From: Microbotryum violaceum
Taxonomy: Eukaryota
Direction: 5' to 3'
NCBI GenBank assembly: GCA_001244265.2
Contig: CDLV01000010.1
Location: 1,488,001-1,552,000 of the forward strand
DNA length: 64,000 bases
Position 1 is the first letter of the stretch, and every line of letters starts with the position of its first letter. The notes beneath the pieces are model-generated. The model was given only the letters and a program-made list of their open reading frames with translations. It was not told where the DNA came from and searched no databases. Shown here piece after piece: positions 36,591 through 51,109 of the stretch. The position numbers were made by a program, and so were the translations under genes.

Positions 36591-36706
36591 CCCTATTTTC
36601 CTCTATGGGTTGTTGACATCGGCGGTGCTGCTATCAGTCGACCTGAGACCTGCTTTACTCACCTTCCATCCCCCTTTCTGCTGCACCTCGCGGTTCGCCT
36701 AGAGCC

Positions 36707-39700
36707 ATGAGTGTCAATGGAGGTGAGTACAAGCCTTTTACTACTTTCTATGACTTCATGCTTCTCTCCGAATATACATAGGCGCTAATCGCTCGCCTGG
36801 TCCGACGTGGTCTTCTCAGGCGTAGCTGCGGAAGCCCCAGCTTCCGTGAGCTACAACGCGGCCAGTACACCCATCTCGCAGCAGACCAAGGAGCTCAAGG
36901 AACTCAAGGATGAAGCTATGGTCAGTTCTGTATCCTACAAAGGCCCCGGATGGTGGAGGGGTCGGCTGGGATGCGCAATCGCGCAAGTTCGGTCGCTGGT
37001 CAGGTACTGCGGCCCCACTTGAAGGCTTTGGATCCGGCCATGGCCCCGATGACCGCCGCCCATATGAATCCGTATTCTGAGCGACCTTCGCCCCGTCAGG
37101 AAGGACGCGATGCAGCGCGTGCCGAACCCACTAGCCTTGAATTTGAATGACGATTCGACCTGCGAAACAAATCACGCTATTTGCTCTGCCCCGATGACAC
37201 GTACGACTCACTGACAACTCGTCTTGCCTTCTTCGTCGTGTGGGCTTTCGTCTCACCTTCCCGTCAATGCAGGGGGCTGCCGTGCACTCGTTTGACCCCG
37301 ATGCCTGCCCAGAGGAGAAAGCCCAACAAGCCATGAAAGGTGCACCCTCAACAGCGCCCGTCGACATGTCCGGCGTACCCTCCTTACGGGGAAAGGAGCT
37401 CAAAGACTTCAAAGAGATTGGCGGTGCAGAGATGGTCACCGACCTCGGCACCAAACCTGTCGAACCGACGACGAACCTCAAGGAGATTGAAGCCTTGGCC
37501 ACCGAGAAGGAGGCTCCGAAAGACAAGCTTGTCCCTCCTGGTGCGATGCCCCAGGGCAAGACCGGTGAAGCTCTCCCAGAAAGTGAGTTCTCCCTAAAAC
37601 TCTAGAGGCGTATGGCACGCTCTCAACTGACCAAGCTGATTGGTGTTTCTTTTCCTTACTGCTAGTTCCTGATTGGTTCTCGATTGTGAGTGGACCACGC
37701 AGTCCGGCGCTCGCGATTGTGTGCTAAACTTCCATCCTTCTGCAGGGATGGAATGACGGCCCCGACAAGTCCCTGTACCTCGCACCCGAGGATGCCCGGG
37801 CCCAGTCGATCTTAAGCGATTTCATCAGCGACGCTTACTTTGGACAGTGGTACGCTCGCCTCCGCGACTCCGACCAGGATGAAGAAGAGCAGGTTTTAAC
37901 ATCTCTACATTTTCCTGCAGGTGGGTTAACGCTGGCATCATCATCTTCGCCGTCGTCGCATCGCACTTTATGACGCTGTTTGGTGGAGGCTGGGGATGGC
38001 TCATCGTCATTCTCGGTGTCACAGCGACGGCGTACGACACGAGCATCAGGCGGACTCGGCGCAATGCCCGTGACGATCTCGTCCGCGAGGTGGCCAAAAA
38101 AGGTCTTCGGGCTGATGTCGAGTCGGCGACCTGGTTGAACTTGTTCCTTCAGCGATTTTGGTTGGTGAGTGGCGGTCCGGTTAGTTCCAACAATCGTATG
38201 CTCATTCGAGCTTGATGACCTTTGACCGCCTCGCACTTAGATCTATGAGCCTGTGCTTTCCGCTACGGTAAGTGAAGTCACGCGAGCATGTGCCCTCCGA
38301 GTTTGCATACTGATCCTCATTGTTGCACTTTGCCTTGCAGATCGTCGCATCCGTTGATCAGGTCTTACAAACCTCGACCCCGGCCTTCCTCGACTCGATC
38401 CGCATGACGACCTTCACCCTCGGCACCAAACCGCCTAACATCGATCACGTGCGCACTTTCGCCGACACTGAAGATGATGTCGTCATGATGGAATGGAAGA
38501 TCTCCTTCGTGCCCAACGACATCCAGGACATGACGCAGCGCCAAGCGAGTCGCAAGGTCAACCCCAAGATCGTGCTCAATATCCGACTCGGTATTGGACC
38601 TGCCGTTGTGGGCAAGGATATTGTCGTTGAAGATATCAGTTTCCAGGGCACGATGGTAAGCTTCATATACCAGTCATACACAGATGTGCGCGCAAAGTCA
38701 AAGTACTGACCAACTTTCATCGACCACCCCCTGCCCAGCGTATCCGCATGAAGCTCATGAACAACTTCCCGCACATCCAACTTGTCGACTTGTCGCTCAT
38801 GGAGCCGCCCGTCTTTGACTTTGTGCTCAAGCCCGTCGGCTTTGATCTGTCACTTGTAAGTGCCATGCCTCTGTGAGAGCTTTCAGTGCATCGAAGTGCT
38901 GATAGTAGTGTCATGGCGGCCCACAGATTCCTGGACTTTCACCCTTCATCACTTCCCAAGTCCATGCGACCCTTGGCCCCATGATGTACCACCCCAACAC
39001 CTTCACCCTCAACCTCGAACAGATGCTCTCCGGTGCTCCTATCGACACCGCCTGCGGTGTGTTGGCCCTGACCATTTACAGCGGCCGGGGATTGAAGGCG
39101 ATCAAGCTTGGCGGAGGATCACCGGATCCCTATGTCAGCGTCGCGGTTGCCGGTCGGGCCGAGTTGGCCAAGACTGCCATCAAGCGCAGCACGTAAGCAG
39201 ACAGAGTTTTTAGGAAGAATGTATGTGGACTAAGCTGACGCTTGTTCTTGCGCCGCTCAAATAGTACGACCCCTCATTGGAACGAGACCAAATACATCCT
39301 TTTGAACAACCTCAACGAGAGCCTAACGATGACGATCAAGGATTGGAACGAACACCGCGCCGATTCCGACCTCGGCACGGCGAGCTTCGACTTGAAATCC
39401 TTGATGGAAGATGGCCAACAAGAGGGCATCAATGCGGATGTCATCTTTGACGGCAAGGCACGAGGAGTTATCAAATTTGATGCGGTATGTGCATCAATTG
39501 CGGGTTGTGGTGTGGTCCTGAGTCACGAACCTGACGAGGGTCTTTTATTCTTTTGCTCAGATCTACTTCCCTGTTCTCACGGCCAAAAAGTTGCCCGACG
39601 GAGCTGTCGAGACCATCCCTGAGACGAGTAAGCTCGAGTCAATTACTTATGCAAAGTTAGATGTCTGATCAAGTGCTTGCGCTGGACGAGCAGAGACCGG

Positions 39701-42700
39701 AGTTGTGCGCCTTGTTGTGCACCAAGCCAAAGACCTCGATGGCCGAGGACAGCAGGTGGGTTGCCAGATCTGCATTTTTATTTGTCTCTGGTACCGCGCT
39801 GATTGGCCGATGTTTGTGCCCACAGATCAATACGTGCGCCGAGGTGCGCCTCAACGATCAGATCGTGCATCGCACCCAGACGCTCAAACGATCGCCGAAC
39901 CCCGTTTGGGAGCGACCTTGCGAATTCCTCGTCACCGATCGATCGAGCGCCGTCATCGGCATCACCGTCATTGATGAGAATGCCATTTCCGCCAACACGA
40001 GATTGGGCGTTCTTAAGGTCAAGCTCGCGGATCTTCTAGAAGCCAACGCCAAGGGCCAGGACTTCTTCCCCCTCAGCCAAGCGAAAACCGGTCGCGTGCG
40101 ATTGACGGCATCTTGGAAACCTGTGATGATGACGGGTGCCATTTCGGGTGCGGGGCAATACACCCCTCCTATTGGTGTGGTGCGAGTCCTGTTCAAGCGA
40201 GCCCGTGATCTCAAGAACGTTGAGGCCATGACGGGTGGCAAGAGTGATCCTTATATGCGGATACTCCACGCCGGAATCGTCATCACCCGTACCGAAGTCA
40301 TCGACAACAACCTCGATCCCGAATGGGACGAGATCGTGTACGTGCAGGTTCATAGCAAGAAGGACACGTTCGTCATCGAGTGCATGGACTATCAGCATCT
40401 GACTAAGGATCGATCGCTCGGTGTGACGGAGTTGAACGTCTCGGATCTGTTGACGGAGGGTCACGATGATCAGGTCAACAAGCCTTGGGTCTCGACTGGC
40501 AAACACTCGCGCAAGGATGGGCTGCGCATCGATGGGAAGAAGACGGTCAAGGGTTCGGTCGAGTACGACGTCGAGTTTTGTGAGTCTGGTACAAATAACA
40601 TTTTAAGTTATCAAAGACGTCAGAAAATTGATGTGATTCGTTCTGCGTAGTCCCTTGTGCACACCTCAAGAACGTCTCCTTCAAGGACCCTGAGCCTGAC
40701 GTGATCGAAGAAGAAGTCGAAACCCTCACGAACGAAGCGGAAGCCGAGACGTCGAATACGCTCAAACGGAACGGCTCGATCAGTGGCAAATCGACCTCGA
40801 CCAAAGCTGAGGATGATACAGGGATCGTTATCCCGCGTGAAGAGTTGCTCAAGACGCAGACCGGCGTTTTGGCGTTCCAGATCATTTCGGGGTGAGTGCA
40901 TACCCGAGATAAATCGGTTCTGTGACGGTGACTGATTGGCCCCGCGGGAGTTGACTTACAGCCAACTGTCGAGGAAGGGTGCTCGGCTTGAGGTCTTGTT
41001 CGACGATGGTAAGGATTCGAAGTGGGTCTGATCCGTTGGCTCTCTTGTGCTGACGGTTGATTGGCCCCTCAAACCACAGGGTACTGGCCTGCGTACTCAT
41101 CCGAGCCAGCGAGGTCGACGCATGCCGTGTGGGACGAGATTGGCGAAGCTGTTATCCGCGAACTCAACTTTAGCAACATGATCCTCAAGCTCAACGCGTG
41201 CGTCATACTGGGACATTTGAGAGAGCCCTTCCTTTCACTGCTGTTTGCTTACAACGTTCGAGATGATTGAACAGTGCGGAAAAGGAAACACGTGAAGACA
41301 TCGTCGCCTCGGCGACAATCCCGGTGTACCAGTTCTTGACGTCGTGCTTGGACAAATCCTTCACCTTCACGCTCACGGACCCCAATGGTGGATCGCGCAA
41401 CACCGTGACCATGGCGTAAGTTGAACGTGTCCATGAATAGAACACTACTCGCGGTCGTGCTGAGGATGGTCGTGCGTCTTACAGTGCCAAATACATCCCC
41501 ATCAACATGGTACTCGAGCCCCGAGAAAGCATCAACAACCAGGGTACCTTGTCGGTCAATCTGGTCGATGCCAAAGGTCTCGCTGCCGGAGATCGCTCGG
41601 GCAAGTCTGATCCCTACGCCGTCTTCATGCTCAACGAAGAAAAGGTGTACAAGTCTGAGGTCATCAAAAAGACATTGGCACCCGTATGGAACGAAAAGTT
41701 CGAATGCGATGTGCGCAGTCGAGTTGCGGCGAATTTCTACGTCATCGTTTACGATTGGGATCGAGTGGGAACGCCGACGCATTTGGGTCAAGGGTCGATC
41801 GATCTTGCGGCCCTTCAGCCGCTCGAGTTGACCGAACACACTGTTTCGTTGTATGATGTCAAAACAAAGAAGCAGCAAGGAATGGTGCACGTCAAGCTCA
41901 TGTTTCGACCTGGGTTCCTCGCGCGATCGCGCAAGAGTACGTCGACCTTCTCCTCCGCTGGACGAGTCGCCACGAGTATCGGTGGTGGTGTGGCGCATGC
42001 CGGTGGTGCAGTCGTAGGCGGTGTCGGCGTCATTGGGAAAGGAGCGGTGTCGGGAGTCGGCGTGGTCGGTAAGGGTGCTGCCACTGGTGTCGGAGCCGTT
42101 GGGAAGGGTGTGTTTGGAGGGATCCGAAAGGTCGTCCCTGGTGGTGGTGGTCACAACAATTCTTACCAAAGGACATCGTCGTTCGGCAATAGTTCGATCG
42201 CCGAGATCGACTTTGCGAATGAGGCTGCCGCCGCGGGTCTTTCCGACCCGGCGGTCGGGAACTCTGCTCTGATGAGCTCTGTAGGAACGCCATCCGGTGC
42301 GACGAGCCAAGTTGGTTCGTTGACGGTGACGATCACGAGTTTGTCCGGAGCGAGTGAACCGAGGGAGAAGCAAGTCGTGGTAGTCAAAGCTGGGAATCGA
42401 CAGATCAAGGAGACCAAGGCGCATCATGCCGAGGGTGGGCAAGATTCGATCAACTTTGACGAGTCGACAACGGTCAAGACGGATGGGCCGATGACGTTGG
42501 AGTTTACGGCTTTGTAAGTTCGGTTTGAGTCGCCGCAATACATTCTGCTGGACGAAGAGCTGATCTTTTGCTGGATTTATTTGTGCGCGTAGACACAAGA
42601 AGACACTGGGTAAAGACAAGTCGCTCGGTAGCGGACTGGTGAACCTCTGGGACGTTCTGACACCTGGTGGGCCACCGACGACGGTGACGGTGCCTCTGAC

Positions 42701-42937
42701 TGGTGGAGCAGGGTCGCTGCTCGTGGGTCTATCGGTATGTTGATACGTTCCCTGTGATTGACTCGCTCGTTCCGAGCTGACCTGGGTCGCGCCGTTTCGT
42801 AGTGGATGGCTACCTCGAGCCAGGATTCTGACACCCGTTCAATCGCCGGTTCGGTGTCCCCCTCGACTCGAAAGTCGTCTCGCTTCTCCCCCGCTCGGTT
42901 CGGCCGTCATCGAGATTCGAGCGTCGATCCGGAATAG
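36707..42937 (+). CDS. Tricalbin / extended synaptotagmin (hairpin TM, SMP domain, multiple C2 domains)
   Basis: ESATWLNLFLQRFWLIYEPVLS, FLDSIRMTTFTLGTKPP (SMP); repeated C2 motifs SPDPYV, GKSDPYMR..NLDPEWDE and RSGKSDPYAVF..KKTLAPVWNE; Gly/Val-rich tail. Confidence 0.95.
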
Positions 42938-43357
42938 ACCAATTTCATACCGGCCCTCACACACTTTGCCTCTCCTTTGCCCGTTTGCTTCAAAACAAGA
43001 TAAAGCTTGTAGGATTCTCGTCGTAATCTCTGTCCGTCTCTGCTCTCTGCGTTCTTCTGCGATTACTATATGTGCGCCCATTCTGTTTTGTTTTCCGCAC
43101 TTTACTTTGGAATACTCTGGAATTTGTCACTGGTCTCTTCCTTTCTCTCGGTTTACGATATTCTAGGATTTTTTTCGTTTATGGTAGAGCACTTGCAGTG
43201 CATGCCAAGGTCTAGCACTTATCCCGAGCCGTCTTGAAGCTGCACCCAGCCTCTCGAGTTCGGCGAGCTGGGCACGCAAAGACGCCGACGCGCTGGCGGC
43301 TTGCTACGTCTAGCTCAGGCTTCTTCTCCCCTCTCAAGCCCCTCGAACGCGACCATC

Positions 43358-44937
<1,580 letters not shown>

Positions 44938-45333
44938 AAAGAAACGAAGTCGCTCCTTTTCATGATGCTTTGTTCTTTCATCGTATCTGATCCCTCCAAA
45001 AATTCTGCCTTCCTCCGTCGTTTGTCTTGCTTTCTCTTCTTTTTTACGTCTCCTTTCTTGGGCCTCTCTCTCTCTCTGTCTTTGCAATACTTGTCCCAAC
45101 CCTATCCTTTTTCAGATGATGATTTATGAACGCCCCGAAGGCGCGCGCAAGGAAATGGAAAAACACAAGACATGGTGTGGGCCAGAGCTCAAGACTGCGA
45201 AAAGGAACGGTTTGGGTTTTTTGGAGGTCGTTGAAGAGTGTACTTGTCTTTGTAGATGTTTTGTTTTTGCGAAGCTCGCTGTAAAAAATGGCTTTTTTTT
45301 TTCATATACGCCCGAAGCTAGTAGGTTAAATCA

Positions 45334-46468
45334 TCACTTTCTCTTCTTACCTCCCTTTCCCTTGCCCGTCTGCGTGCCCTGATTCTGCTTCACCGCACTC
45401 GTCAACGACGTCGATAACTTGTCCTGTAATCCTTCCCCCTCCAACCCCTCCCCCTCCTCCGAACTCATCTTTTCAACTAACGCCTTCGTCTTTGCCAACC
45501 TCCTTGACAAATTCTTTGTCAACTCATCCGAACCATTCGACCCTCCCGAACCAACCCCACCAGCCAAACTAACGAATCCAGCCAATTTAGCATGTAAATC
45601 AGCTTGAGATTGATTAACCTCCCTTGCCGTTTCCGGATCTAATCTAGCCAATAATTTAGGCAAGATCGCTAATAAGATTAAAGCTAAACCACCTAGGATT
45701 AGGGAAGGGTTTGATTTGAGCAGGTTTAAAAGGGAGAAAGGGATGGGTTGGGTCGTATAGGTTTTTAGGTAGAGGGCTGGGAGGAGCAAAGGTTGGGGGA
45801 AGGGTTTGGTTCGGGTGGGTCCTTGACCGGGGAGGTAGAGTCGGACGTCGACTTGGTGAGATGGGGTGACGTTGACTGAGTAGAACTGAAATACGCGAGG
45901 ACTCGGGTTGTTTTTTTATTAGCTCAAGTCGGAAGTTGGAGAGGTAGGGGGGAAGGGCGGGAGGGCGGGAGGGAGAAAGCTGGCTTACTTGGAATTGGGC
46001 TAATCTTGAATGAACGGAGAGGACGTATTCAGCTACTTTGAGGTCGGTGAAGGAGAAGGAACGGTTGCGAGTGATTGGACTGTTCAATTCGGGCTAGATG
46101 GAATGCCATATAACCATGGTCAGCATCACGAGTTTGAAACCGCACGTCGCAGTGCTGAGCTGAGCTGAGCTGAGCTGAGCTGAGCTGAGCTGAGTGTGTG
46201 TGGGACCGACCAGGTAAGGAGCGGCGAGTTGTACGAACGCATCGTGTTCGTAGGGGGTGGAAAGGTTGCTGAGGAGAGACCCATAGAGGGAGGCGGGGGG
46301 GAGAGGCGAGCTGGCGAGGACGGCGTGGAACAGGCACAGGACGACGAGGAAGGCGATTCTTCGTAGAGAGCTGAGAAGGGGTGCAGTCAGTTGCGGCGGT
46401 CGGGTTTTGAAGAGGACGTGTAGAGGGGTGTGCGGGGTCACTTACCGGGGGAGGCAAGACCGCGTCAT
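45334..46468 (-). CDS. EMC7: ER membrane protein complex subunit 7-like protein
   Basis: Signal peptide; SFSFTDLKVAEYVLSVHS..FYSVNV; FSLLNLLKSNPSLILGG..LPKLLARLDPE matches the EMC7 pattern; ends KKRK. Confidence 0.7.
46154..46194. repeat. (GCTGA)8 microsatellite in EMC7 intron 2
   Basis: Read directly. Confidence 0.95.
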
Positions 46469-46496
46469 GGAGTGCGAGTGTTTGGCAGGAGCGGGG

Positions 46497-46498
<2 letters not shown>

Positions 46499-46532
<34 letters not shown>
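46499..46532. repeat. (GA)n microsatellite in the 200-bp EMC7/PPIL2 divergent promoter
   Basis: About 16 GA units. Confidence 0.95.
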
Positions 46533-46536
<4 letters not shown>

Positions 46537-46667
46537 GCGCCAGAGGGTGAAAGAAAGCTCCAAGGCGTGCAGGAGCAGCAGCGGAGCGGACGACGGCTCA
46601 CTCTGGCTCACTCTGGCTCACTCTCTGCCCTTTCTTCCAACTCAAAACACGTTTCACACCTTCCAAG

Positions 46668-48999
46668 ATGGGTCACGGCAACAGCGACAGGCTCTACATC
46701 ACCCATGCAAGTACACCCATTCCATTCCCTTCCCTTTCCGTTCCCCCTCCTCTTCCTCCTCTTCCTCCTCCTCCTCCACCCCACTCTACTGATCCCACTA
46801 ACCGGCGCCCTCCTTCCTGTTCCTCCAAAAACAGCGCGAACACGCCGGTGAATTCGGCGCACACTCTTCCTCGGTCGGCGCACAAAAGAAGGATCGTCTG
46901 CTTGCCAAGTTACCCTTCGATTGTTGTGCCTTGACCTTGAAACCGGTCACCCACCCCGTGTGTACGGATCAAGGGACCGTCTATGATTTATGGTCCATCA
47001 TTCCATTCTTGAGGTCAGTTTTCGGGTTTTTTTTTTTTTTTGTTTTTTTCTTGTTGCGTAGGGTTCAGAGGCTCAGTCTACGATTCGGGGATGCTGATGA
47101 TTCGGTACATTGTGGTGTGGTGGGAAAAGACAACACGGGACGGACCCTAAAACAGGCACCAAACTCGGTCCCGGTGATCTAACCAAACTGACCTTTCACC
47201 GTAACGCGCAAGGCAGCTACCACGACCCCGTCACTTTCAAACCTTTCAACGAACATACCCACATCGTCGCCATCAAAACTTCCGGTAACGTTTACGCTTA
47301 CGAAACCGTGCATAGGTTGAACCTCAAACCGGGTTCGTTTAACGATCTTTTAACCGATCACAAGTTCGAAAAAAAGGATTTGATTACAATTCAGGATCCT
47401 TTGAATGTTGAGGCGAAGGATTTGAGCAAGTTTGATTATGTGAAGAGGGATTTGACCTTTGGGGAGGGGGAGCAGTTCGAAGGGATTAATACCAAGGCTG
47501 TTGGGGCGGGCGTGGAGCGAGTCCTGAAGAGTTTGGACAAGCGGGACAAAACTGCGGAGACGGCCGGGGAGAAGGCCAAGGGGAACGAACTAGCGCACGA
47601 ACCAAACGCCCAGGTCGGCAAGACGATCAAGCAGGCTTCAGTCACTCCGTATAACGCATCCGTCACTTCGGCCGGAAGAGCCGCGGCGAGTTTGACGAGT
47701 ACGTCGGCACCGATTCATACGGCGATGGAGAACGCGCTTTGGAACGAGGACGATCTCATGTTTGAAGCGATCAAAAAGAGTGGTGCCAAAGCCTACGCCA
47801 GATTGGTCAGTCACGTCAACCACCCCAAGATATAAACACATTCTTTCGACGTGATGCTGACCATTGACATCGACTTGCGCCCCCCAAGCAGATCACCAAC
47901 TTTGGCAACCTCAACCTCGAGCTCTATTCGCACATCGCGCCTAAAGCAGCCTACAACTTTTTACAACTCTCCTCCCAGGGTAAATACAACAACACATCCT
48001 TTCACCGCCTCATTCCCGGGTTCATGTTACAAGGTGGAGATCCAACGGGTACGGGGAGGGGAGGAAGTTCATGTTGGGGCAAGCCTTTCGAGGACGAATT
48101 CCTGAACCGAAATGCGAAGAAGCATGAGGAAAGGGGAACTTTATCAATGGCGAATTCGGGACCGGATACGAACGGTTCACAGTTCTTCTTGACCTTTAGG
48201 GCAAGTTCCTGCATCCCTCCGGGCGGCTTTGGTAAGGAGAGCTCTTCAGCGCTGATTCTCAACAGATTGCGTTTCCCAATCAATTAGGCCACCGCGCATC
48301 TGGATGGGAAACATACCGTTTTCGGTCGCCTGGTCGGAGGTGAAGACGTTTTGAAAAAAATTGAATCCGTTCCTTGCGACGTGACGGACCGACCTTTGAA
48401 ACCGGTGACGATCAAAGTACGCCCCCTCCTCCCCCCCTTTCCCCATACCTCTCTCTCCCCCAGAATCACTTTCACTAACCCGCACGACCTCGTGATCACT
48501 TTCTTCCTCGCACCTCTCTCTTAGGACGTAGCGATTTTTGAAGACCCGTTCCGATCTTATCGCGAGAAATTGAAAAAACGTCTTGCTCGAGAACAAGAGA
48601 TTAGAGAAGGGGAAGGGTTAAGGTTGAAGCGGAAGGAGGAGAGGGAAAAGGATCGTACGACGTGAGTCATCAATTCATTCATATGAACTCCTTTTTCCTT
48701 CCAAGAGGACTCTAGAAGGATTTGAGAGAGAGGGGGGTTTGCTTAAATTGTTCCTTCGGGGGTGTTGTGGACTTCACAGATGGTTCGGAACGGATTTAAA
48801 GAAAGTTCAACAAGTTGAATCGACCGTTACTCTCGAAGTGCCCAAAGTCGGTGTGGGCAAATATATCGGTGGTCCAACTCAAGTCAATCGGGAGGATAAG
48901 AAGCGCACTTCGACGACGCTCGAGTTTGATACAAAGATAGGTACGACGAACGTTAATAAGAAACGAAAAGGAGGGTTTGGGGATTTTTCATCTTGGTGA
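46668..48999 (+). CDS. PPIL2: U-box/RING-type cyclophilin (PPIL2/Cyp60-like)
   Basis: [99 protein letters not shown]; ends GFGDFSSW. Confidence 0.93.
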
Positions 49000-49135
49000 G
49001 ATGTGCGCGCAGTTGGGTGTGTAAAATGAGGGTTTTTTTTTTTTTTTTAACTTTGTTGGTGCAACAATAATATGATGTCAATAGCAAAGGACTACGCCCT
49101 AATTTCATACACCCATAATCTTAAAGAACGTCCCA

Positions 49136-50892
49136 TCAAAGCGGCGCAACGACCGCTTTCCCTTGCGTTCCCAAACCCTTCCCCGTCGTCGTCATCGTCA
49201 TCGTCGGCGGCGGATGATTATTGACGGTAGGTACAGTCCCATTCCACCTAAACCCCTTCTTTGAAGCAAAGCGATCGGACCTGACTGAAACGGCATGATG
49301 TTGAAAGAATTGGTCCACGATAGGGTATTTCAACAGGTTGTTTTGTGGGGTGATTACGATCAACGATTGGGAGGGGATCTCGACCCAATCTGCTCAAATG
49401 AGAGATGTGGAGATGGATTAGAGGTTTCAGGAATGGAGGGGGGTAAGGTATGGTACGTACCGGCTCTTTCAAAGGTTAAGGGTTCACTGGCGATGAGGAT
49501 GATGCGTTCCCTTTTGTCGGCTTTGGTCATGCGGAACATGCCTGGTTCGTATTCTTCAAACATGGAACCCGTGGAGAAAAAGAGACTTGCAGCCTGGGGA
49601 AGGAGTTTGCAGGGAGAACAGAAAAACTGCTCAGTATATCGAGTGGCTAAAGAGATAGTTTCTTGGGAGCCTACTCACCTCCTCCGTAGCACTGGTGATG
49701 TACCTAGTCGAAACGACGCTCAAGCCATCGCTAACGCAAAAGCTGTCAGGTATCGCCCGAACCTGTCATTTTGTCAGTTCACGCGCAAGAGCCGAAAGAC
49801 GATGCCCATATTATGCTGAACTGACTTCATCAAGGACGGTTCGGTGGCGCCTACTTTTTGGGTGTAGGAACTAATGAGTTGCACGGTTTCGAGCATCGCT
49901 CGACGAAGGAGTTGGTGAGGGATCGTGCGGGCTTTGGGATCGGTGATCTGTAGACTACGATCTGATCAGCACCTGTCGCGCGAATGGATGCTACAGGTTT
50001 CCATTTTGGGGGGGTTCGCACCCACTTTGGAAAGTCGTTCGAGGAAACAGGCAAATGCCCATTCGCTATCGGTATTGCCCTGGTGCGGGGTTGGAGATCC
50101 GAGGACAGTGAGTACGCTCTCTCTACTGGTGAATAAAAACCTTTCGAACGCACCTGTGGCACGCCAAAGTATTCATCCGACAGATCGGCTTGTAGATGAC
50201 GAATAATCTTGCGGAATTCACTGATACAACCACTAAAGGTGTAAAGTCATCGAGCGCGGAGGGGTCAGTTAGATGGACAACTGATCAGAGTCGACGAAAG
50301 ACGATCGTACTTGTGCATCCAAACGAGGTTATAGTATGACCAAGGGTGGGTATTTTCCTCGCTCAGTGCGCCCGTTGTAGACTTGGTGTGGGGAGGACCG
50401 GATTCGATAAGCTCGCCTGATTTGCGCAGATTCTTCCAGGCGTCGAATTACTCACCGCCCTCACGTGAGCGAATACCAAGGGTGATTTGACCCTCTCGGC
50501 GATCCTATGCAAGTTTGAATTACTCCAAGCGGGAGTGATGGACCTAAAGATACAAGGACCTAGAGGGGTGGAGGGATCGTCGTGGGGTCCGTACCAAGCG
50601 ACGCCGAAGCCGTCGGCGTTGATGGATCCGGCGTCGAGACGGAGGCGAGAGTCGGAAGCTTGGTTTATGATGCTGTGCGCTGGGGCAGTGAGCAGTTGCG
50701 ACAGTTGGATCGGTTGTTCGGATTTGACGACTAGCAGGCGACACTGTGGGGTGGCGCAGTTGGCAGTTGGGCGTCGGTCGTACGGGGCGGGGCGGGCACG
50801 GTGCACAGGTGGAGGGGGGGGGTCGTGTACAGCGAGTCAGTTCAACGGTCAAGACCGTAAACGATGGCTCGTTCAGTAAAGTGACTGACCAT
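49136..50892 (-). CDS. DUG3: Class II glutamine amidotransferase (Ntn hydrolase) of glutathione degradation
   Basis: M|CRLLV..HSIINQASDSRLRLD..NADGFGVAWY, SITPAWSNSNL, LVFAHVRA, ENTHPW, SLYFSTGS, ILIASEPLTFERADW. Confidence 0.93.
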
Positions 50893-51109
50893 CGTGACTC
50901 AAAGTCCAAGACGGGACACGCTCTCGAGTTGGTGAGTCAATCCGACGAGGAACGAACGTGACCGTTAAAACAACGTTTTGTAATGGCGGGCGGTTTCTGT
51001 TTTTTGTAATGGGAAAAAACCGAGTAGGCGCGCGCACGCCGCACTCGGCCGCCGAGGGTTGTTGTTGGCTTTTGTACGACCGAGAGTTGCACGACCCACG
51101 CCCGCAGCC

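Noticed and set aside
41249-42619. Long antisense ORFs (456 aa here; also 16424-17254 and 17255-18136)
   Set aside because: They overlap well-supported genes on the opposite strand and follow from GC-rich codon bias.
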